Source of the DNA: the human T2T-CHM13v2.0 reference genome, Homo sapiens
Length of the DNA stretch: 64,000 bases
Reading direction: 5' to 3' (one strand)
Assembly (NCBI RefSeq): GCF_009914755.1
Contig: NC_060925.1
Part shown: positions 55,621 through 64,000 of the stretch, piece by piece
Position numbering within the stretch: the stretch's first letter is position 1
Layout: every line of letters begins with the position of its first letter
The notes under the pieces: model-generated
The model's database searches: none
What the model saw: the letters and a program-made list of their open reading frames with translations, nothing else
Told to the model about the DNA's origin: nothing
Translations under genes and position numbers: made by a program

Positions 55621-58600
55621 TTAAATTCTAGTGCCAAAGCACTTCAATATTTATAAAACTATTTAAATTCTGAGCTCTGGGCCCAATGTTCACATTAACA
55701 AATCTGGTAACTCCTCCAGGCTTTATTTATTCCTGATCCATAAAATGAGGCTAAAAATGCTTTTCCTTCTACTGCTTAGGGTTATTGGATGGCTAAATAA
55801 AATCAATGGGAAGAACATTGAAAAGCATTTTTAAATCACTAAATTAATTCCAAGTGGCCATTATATACATTGTTTAAGCTTCTTGTTAGCATTCTACCTG
55901 TATTTCATTGACTCATAAGAATACACTCTAGGAGGGATTTGTGTTACGACTTTTACAGATGAGGAAACTGAGGTGTAGAGAAAACGAATTTCTTTCTTGG
56001 AAAGCAGAACTAGAATCAAACACTCAGACTTTATCCCACACTTTATTCCTCTTCCATCTCCCACACTACTCAGAGCAGGTAGGTATAAAGGCCCTGTAAA
56101 CTATAAATCTGTCAAACATGAAAGGGACTAGGATTATAGTCAGGAGCAGTAATAAGCACCTTTTGAACTAGAAAAGAAAACTGCAGTGAAAAAATTGTAT
56201 GTTTCTTATCCTGCACTGTGTTGGTCCATCATTACCAAAACCAATTAATCTTTTTAATTACGCTCAAACCTTTTTATGCACTCCAAATTAGAAATCAGAA
56301 CAGTTTAGGAAAACCTCTCCAGAATATATATTCAAGGTTTTATAAAAAGAAAAGAAAATGCAGGCTTTGATAAACTCAACATGTATTTACTTGAGGAAAA
56401 ATGAGATTTTTAGAAAAAAGTAGGGGCAAGTGAATTCACCAAGCTGTGAAAAGTATACTTTATCCACTGGGAAGTTTCTGTGAGTTTGCTTGTTACAGGA
56501 ATACTAGCAATATATACAAACAAGGTACACAAACACAGCGACAGGACACGTTCCACCAATTCCACACAGCCACAATCCTAAGTCATTACTCTTAGCAAAG
56601 CCTCATATAAGAGGGCTCATTTCTAAATAAGGTGGGTAGGCTCCAATTCCCTCAGCTTCAAGTAAGCAAATTTTGGTCTGATATTACAAAATACAATCAA
56701 TTTCCCGGTACCACAGGTCCAGTAAGAAAATAAATAAATTCAAGATTGTAAGTTTACTGATCATAAAATATGTCAAAAAGACTTTCCAGACAAATTCTCA
56801 TGTTAAAAAAAGCCATTTTAAAGATGTTTCAGCTACATAAAGGGATAGTAGAGAACTACGAATCACATTGCTCCAATTAAGGTTAGAAATGCTCTAATTT
56901 GTGTTTCCTTGAAAGTTCCAGTCTTATTAGAGAGTCTCAAAACACAATATTGCAGAACTGCATACAATTTTTTATTTTCGTAATGCTATAGTGATAGGCT
57001 CCTGTGTCCAATTCAGATTGGTGACATGCTGCTTGAAACTAGTAAACCTTGTCATCAGGCTAATTTTACAAGTCCCTTCTCCCCTCTCATTTATAGCTAC
57101 TTATATTTCTCTGCTTTTCTTTATGACTTTCCACATGAAGCATTCTCTAAAATATTTTTGGGCAAAACTTCATTCCATGCTTCCTCAAGAGTGCAGTAAT
57201 ATTGGAAGCACAGTTTGCAGGTCACTGTAAGAGGTCAGTGAGAAGTCTCCTGGTGTTAATAGCTTGAGTAATATTGTTTTCTCCTTTAGACCACACCATT
57301 AAATTGCTTTCATTACCCACAAAGGGGTTATTTGTGTCAGAGCAAATAAGATCTCATTCAAATTCAAACTGGATAATTTCAACCTAATAAAATAGTTTAT
57401 TTCTAATAACTAGAAGAACAAGACAATGACAAAAAATTGTAAAGTCTTTTTAAGACATACAAGCAGAAGAGAAGAAATGTATTTTTTAAATAGGTCCTAC
57501 AAGAGTTTTAATGTGCTATCTGGAAATTTTGGAGGGGGCTACCCTGTAGTTTATTCTCCTAGAAATGGGAGGGTATGAGGTATTTCCCAAAGGTTTTACA
57601 AGAAATTATATCTTATGTTCCCTGGGAATATCAGAGATTCCACTTTGGACTTTTCTATTTCACTGAGTTTCCTCCATTTCTGACCCACCATCTTCTTTGT
57701 TCTTTTAGTCATCCAAATTTAAAACACTGAAGCTGGATTCATCCTTTTGCTACTCCCCTCGGGCTCAATGTGTCACTACCTCCTGAAGTTTCTATCATTT
57801 TAATGTATTTTAAATCCATTCTTCCTTTTGTTTTTTCACTGCTTTCATAGTAACTCTTGCTTCTGAAATGTTTGTGCCTGGGGTAAGGGCCTTCAGAATA
57901 CCTCAGTTGTTTCTTCAAAACAGGGATGTCAGGGCTGTACTAGTGGATCACTGGATTAGAAACCAGCATGTGTGTGTGGGAGTGGAGGGAGAGCTCATGC
58001 ATACGCTGGGCACGTTGCCCTGGTGATGTTGACACAAAGCACCACACCACCTCCTGAAACCACATTTCTATGAAGAATTGTCTGGGCCAGCCCTGTTCTG
58101 GCAAACTTCCAAACCCAAGTGCCTGGAGCCAGTTGGAGTCCATCAACAAGCCCAGGAAGCAAGTCCAGCTCCTATCAGGGAATCTGAAGACCCCCCTGTC
58201 CTCAGCTGTGCCTGCTGATTGGGACCTGGGTGTCTGTTTTATATCCTAGCTCCACTACTTGGGGTCTCCAGGGTAGCCTGAATGGTACTCTAGCTCTGCT
58301 GATGCCAGGGTCCTCCTCAACTCCTGTCAGTCTTTCAGGGACTTACCATCACTCCAGAGGATGCATCTACCCTTCCTGATTCCCAACCTGGCCTACAGCC
58401 ATGGCCAGGCCTCATTAACTGCTGCCAGGTTTCCCTGACGCTGACTTCTAACTACAGGGCCCAAAGTGGATTTAAGCACCTGATTGCTAAAGGAAGTAGC
58501 ATCTGTGGTCCCCGAATCTCCTGCCTAGGTCCCACCCCTTCCTTGTTGGCTCCTGGGCACTATTCTAGGGCCCAGGTTTTTGTGGGAACTGCAGTTTTGC

Positions 58601-59629
58601 CCTGTCATCTAGGAGCTGCCACTTAACACTGGTCTGTCTGCAGCACTCCCTTAACACCACGTTGAACAGCAGGCATGGGCCTTTGTGAGTCTGCCCAGAT
58701 CTAGCCAGTTCCTTCCCTCTACTGAACTGTCCAACAAGCCTGGCCACAGCCTGCCAGTCACCTAAGCCTTCCACCCACTGCAGAGCTCAGATAGTGGCTG
58801 TTGGAAGGGACAAGTGTTGTCCATCTGGATGTGGCCAGCCACCATCTTATATAGCTTCCTTCACCTTAAATGCAGGTCCCGCCAAGAAAGCCTTCAACTT
58901 AAGAACCCCAGAATGCCCCTGCTGGGCCCTGAGGCTGGCCACTTTCCCTCCCAAATAACAGAAGTACAGAATCCAGTGGTCGGTTCTTAGCACTGTCCCT
59001 GTGGACCACATTCACAGAGCCTCCCTGAGCCAGGAGGCCCTGTGTGATCCCTTGTCATGCAGAGGCCAGCAAAGAAGAATTGAGAAGCCAAAATATTCTC
59101 CAGGCTCACCCAAAAGCTACCCTCCCTGAGCTGCAAGTTGCCTTAGACCAGAGACACAATATTTCCTTTCCAAGTTGGAACAAATGAAGAAGGGTCCAGT
59201 TAACACCCCATAAATGAGCATTAACCTCTTGTAAGACAATCTCTATGTCCTTCTGAGAGTCCACTCCATGCAACTGAGAAGACACAGTTTTAGTTTCTAA
59301 GCTGCATGCAAACTCAGGTAGAGCCTCCAGAACAACCTGGGTCTGCTGTGTCACCTCAGCATCTTCACTAGTTCTCCCAGTCCCAGCAGAAGGCACAGAG
59401 CTCCACTGTGAGACAGCATTCGTTAAGTTTGCCACATGTCAGGAGTCACAGAGGGATGTCTAAGCAGTCACGCAGATCCTAGGAACTCTGCTACATGTTT
59501 TGCAACATATGGACCCTCAGAAGTAAACTCAGTACGTCTCTGGAGCATCTTTCAACAGAACAGTACGATGTCTAGAGATCCCTCAATAGAACATCAGGCC
59601 TAACTGTAAGATGCCCTAGAACCAAGGAG

Positions 59630-60445
<816 letters not shown>

Positions 60446-60540
60446 TGATCCCAGGAGAGCTAATTTAATGACATCTAAGTCTCCTGAAGCTCCCTGGATC
60501 ATAGTAGGGTTGGTCCTAGGCTAGCTAAGGCCAAGCATTC

Positions 60541-60682
60541 CAGGGCTGGCCTCTCGGATGGGCGGCCCTGTGTGATCACGCAGATCTGTGCTCAGAAGGG
60601 CCTGCACTTGGTTGACAGCTCTGCTGTCACGTTCTTGAAATCTTCAACAATTTTCTCTTTGAACTTGTATTTTGTAAGGGAG
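60541..60682 (+). mobile_element. MER45-type hAT-Tip100 element
   Basis: cagggctggcc...gctcagaagggcc...gctctgctgtcacgttcttgaaatcttcaacaattttctctttgaacttgtattttgtaag. Confidence 0.8.
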
Positions 60683-60884
60683 CCAGAGGAGCATGAGGAT
60701 GAGCAGAGGAGACAGGCGGAAGAAGGGAGAGAGCTTTATATTTTAGTACCTTCAGTGGCACATCTCCCCTGCCTTTTGAACAAAAGACCCACAAATTATG
60801 TAGCAGGCTGTCAGCAGTCCTGATGGAACCCCCTCCCATGTAACCAGCCACCGCACAAAGGAGGGAGTTAAAGACTAACAATCA

Positions 60885-61219
60885 AGCTGGGAGCACTGGC
60901 TCACGCCTGCACCCCAGCACTTTGGGAGGCTGACGTGGGAGAATCGCTTGAGACCAGGAGACTGAGACCAGCCTGGGCAACATGGTGAAACTCTGTCTCT
61001 ACAAAAAAAAAAAAAAAAAAAAAAAAGAAAAAGAAAAAGAAAAAAAATAGCTGGACATGGTGGTGTGCGCCTGTACTCCCATCTACTCAGGAGGCTGAGG
61101 TGGGAGGATCGCTTGAACCTGGTAGGGGCAAAGGTTGCAGTGAGCCGAGATTGCACTACTGCACTCCAGCCTCGGTGACAGAGCCAGATGTTGCCTTGAA
61201 AGGGAAAAAAGAAACAAAA
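60885..61219 (+). mobile_element. AluJ with expanded central A-rich linker
   Basis: Alu dimer; TSD actaacaatca. Confidence 0.93.
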
Positions 61220-62656
61220 CTAACAATCACCAGGGACTCTAGAGATCCCCCAACCTCTAGTCCCAACCCTAACCAAAGAAATCTTTCATGCCTTTGGGTC
61301 ACTCACAGAAGTCAATTCCAGACCCAGGCTAACTCTGTACCACAGATCCCCCCGGCTCAGGCCAAGATAACCACTGGTTAGAACCAGGACACAGGAGGCC
61401 TGCATTCCAGGAAGCAATTCATGGCTGATGCGCAGAGTTAGTAAGAGGGGTCCCAGGTGACATAGAACGAGTTCTTGTAGTTACGATCAGCACAAGGACC
61501 CAGGCTGAGCCAGTCTGGGTGGACCAGCCCAGAACCACTGTCACCCAGGCTGCCTCTCCCACCCGCTGTGGGCTGGTGAGATGGTGGCTCCCAGCACTGG
61601 GAGGAGGGTATGCCCTGGGGCAGGGGGAGCCTTTACCACAACTTGATATATGACCTGGGGCAGGTTTCCATCTCTCTGGGCCTCCATTTCCTCAGATTTA
61701 AAATAATGGCAGCATCACCTTCTAAGAGGATTAAACAGAGTATGTATAAATGCCTGGCACAAAGTTGTGGTCAATTTTTAAAAATCCCTTTTTTCTCCAT
61801 AGAGTTGTTATTAGAAATGAGCTGTTATTAGAAATGAGACAATTATCCATAAAAATGCCTGACAATTCAAAGTGCTTCATCAATGTCGATTCTCTTCCAC
61901 GTTCTCCTTCCCAGTCCCTCTTACCTTTGTTCTTGTGACCAGACCCTCCACTAACTGCCAGTTCCCACCCCAGGTCCCACCCAATAAGCATGTTTGTTGG
62001 CTCATTATATAAACATTTACTGAGTGCCTACTGTGTGCCAGGCACTGTACAAGTGAAAACACACACACACAGTCCTGTCCCTGAGAAGCTCACAGTCGGG
62101 TAAGAGAGGCACTTAGCAAATAAATTTTAATAGAGTGGGTTACTTTTATGAGTTAATTCTTTTAATATATAAATAGTATACTACAGAAGCACTGGATAAT
62201 CAACTCTGCCTTGGGGAGTCAGAGAAAATATCATAGAGAAGGCAGACTCTTGAGTCGGATCTTGAAAGATGGACAGGAGTTTGCCATGCTACAGAAAACT
62301 TCGAGGAGCCTCAGGCAGTCACTGCACATGTGCAGGACAGTGAGAAGCTTGGCATGACAGAAGCAGGGGCTGTGTGAGGGGAGTGCATAGAAAAGGAGGC
62401 TGGGAACAGGACTGGGAAAGCAGCCTTGTAATCCCAACTAATTTGGGCTTTATCCAGTTTGGAAGAGTAGACAAGAAAAGATCAGAGCTAACTGTGCTTT
62501 TTAGGAAAATGCCTCAGCTGGTGGTGGGGGAAGGCCTGGAGCAAGAAAATGCTGGAGGAGGGAATCCAGACGGAGATGACCGTTAGCAACACACAGCAAG
62601 TCTTGGACTAAAGGCGTGTAGTAGGATCTGAGACACCACTGAAGTAGATTTGGTGA

Positions 62657-62986
<330 letters not shown>

Positions 62987-63581
62987 AATTTGGTGAATAA
63001 TTTTAGATTTGGTGATTAATTGGTTATAGGTGGTGAGAGAGATGGTACTACCAAGACTTCCAGCTTGGAAGGCAAGGCAGATGAAACCCATTGCAGAGAT
63101 CCTATTTAACAGGTAGAGCAGGTCTGCAGGGCAGCTGAAGCTTGTGGTGCCTCCAGGACATCCAGGTGTGCACGTGACAGCAGCTGGAAACAGAGATTGG
63201 GATCTCCTGAAAGGCTGAGGATGGAGAGGCTGCTTTGAGAGACGTTCACATGGAGGGGTTGGTTCAAGCTGCAGGAGTAAAATCACCTGGAAAGAACTTG
63301 GGGACCCAAAGGAGAAGGAACAAAGGGCATTTCAGAGATGGTCAGAAATGGGAGAGACTGGACAAGCAGCAGAGAAGGAACAGAAGGAGGAAGACACTAT
63401 CAAAGGGAGCATGAAGCAAGCAGGCACATAACAGGAAGGTCAAGGTAGATCACTAAATCTGGCAACTAGGAAGACAATGGTGGCTTAATCAAACACAGTA
63501 GTATTAGAGTAGTATAGGAAGAAGCTAGCTTACTACGGTTTGAAGTATTAAGAAAAGAAAATAAACAAGAGTAAAAAAATC

Positions 63582-63735
63582 AGCGGGGCACACTGGCTCG
63601 TGCCTATAATCCCAGTACTTTGGGAGACTGAGGCAGAAGGATCGCTTGAGCTCAGGAGTTTGAGACCAGCCTGGGCAACATAGGGAGACCCCATCTCTAA
63701 ATAAGAAAAGAAAAGAAAAAAAAAAAAAACCAAGA
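63582..63735 (+). mobile_element. FLAM (free left Alu monomer)
   Basis: Single left monomer ...aggatcgcttgagctcaggagtttgagaccagcctgggcaacatagggagacccc + A-rich tail. Confidence 0.88.
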
Positions 63736-64000
63736 ACAAAAGTCTGGTAGTGAAGGGAGGGAGAGACAGAGCAGTAGTTAGAAGGGGAGTTAAGGTCAGG
63801 GCTTACATTTTTGAACGATCAAGCTCATAGGAAAGCAAGAATAAGGACAAGAGTAGGCTCGTGGATCCCCCAGCTCCTGGCTGGAAGGAATGAGCCCTAG
63901 TGAAAAGCTAGGATGGTAAGGATGTGACCTGTGCAGGTGGACTCAGATATGAAGGAAGGGAAATTAAGGGAGTTCATGCCAGATGAAGAAAGCAAAGATT

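Noticed and set aside
59106-59435. 109-aa minus-strand ORF downstream of the putative gag, as a candidate protease/pol
   Set aside because: No DSG/DTG protease or YxDD RT motif visible; cannot be supported as coding.

Overview
This is primate, almost certainly human, genomic DNA: Alu-, L1-, L2- and MIR-rich, with low CpG. The only convincing protein-coding sequence is the last exon of the lysophosphatidic acid receptor gene LPAR3 (EDG7) on the minus strand (CDS 24765->24440, TM6 to C-terminus). Its 3'UTR can extend to about 22190. Positions 24766-64000 read as part of its long upstream intron, and 1-~22190 as downstream flank. The other listed ORFs are chance or repeat-derived. I see no evidence of a new multi-gene system. 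The best unexplained structures are: (i) a 270-bp, 98.5%-identical non-Alu inverted repeat in the intron (42162-42431 / 43330-43599), one arm of which sits inside a TA-rich microsatellite; (ii) an older ~270-bp inverted duplication of an L1 fragment (3187-3460 / 5770-6038); (iii) a probable, highly decayed Ty3/Gypsy (PEG10/Sushi-type) gag fossil at ~59630-60445; (iv) tandem polyadenylation signals that would switch an Alu and a (UG)n/(UA)n repeat in or out of the LPAR3 3'UTR. Repeat subfamily calls and boundaries were made by eye and are approximate.
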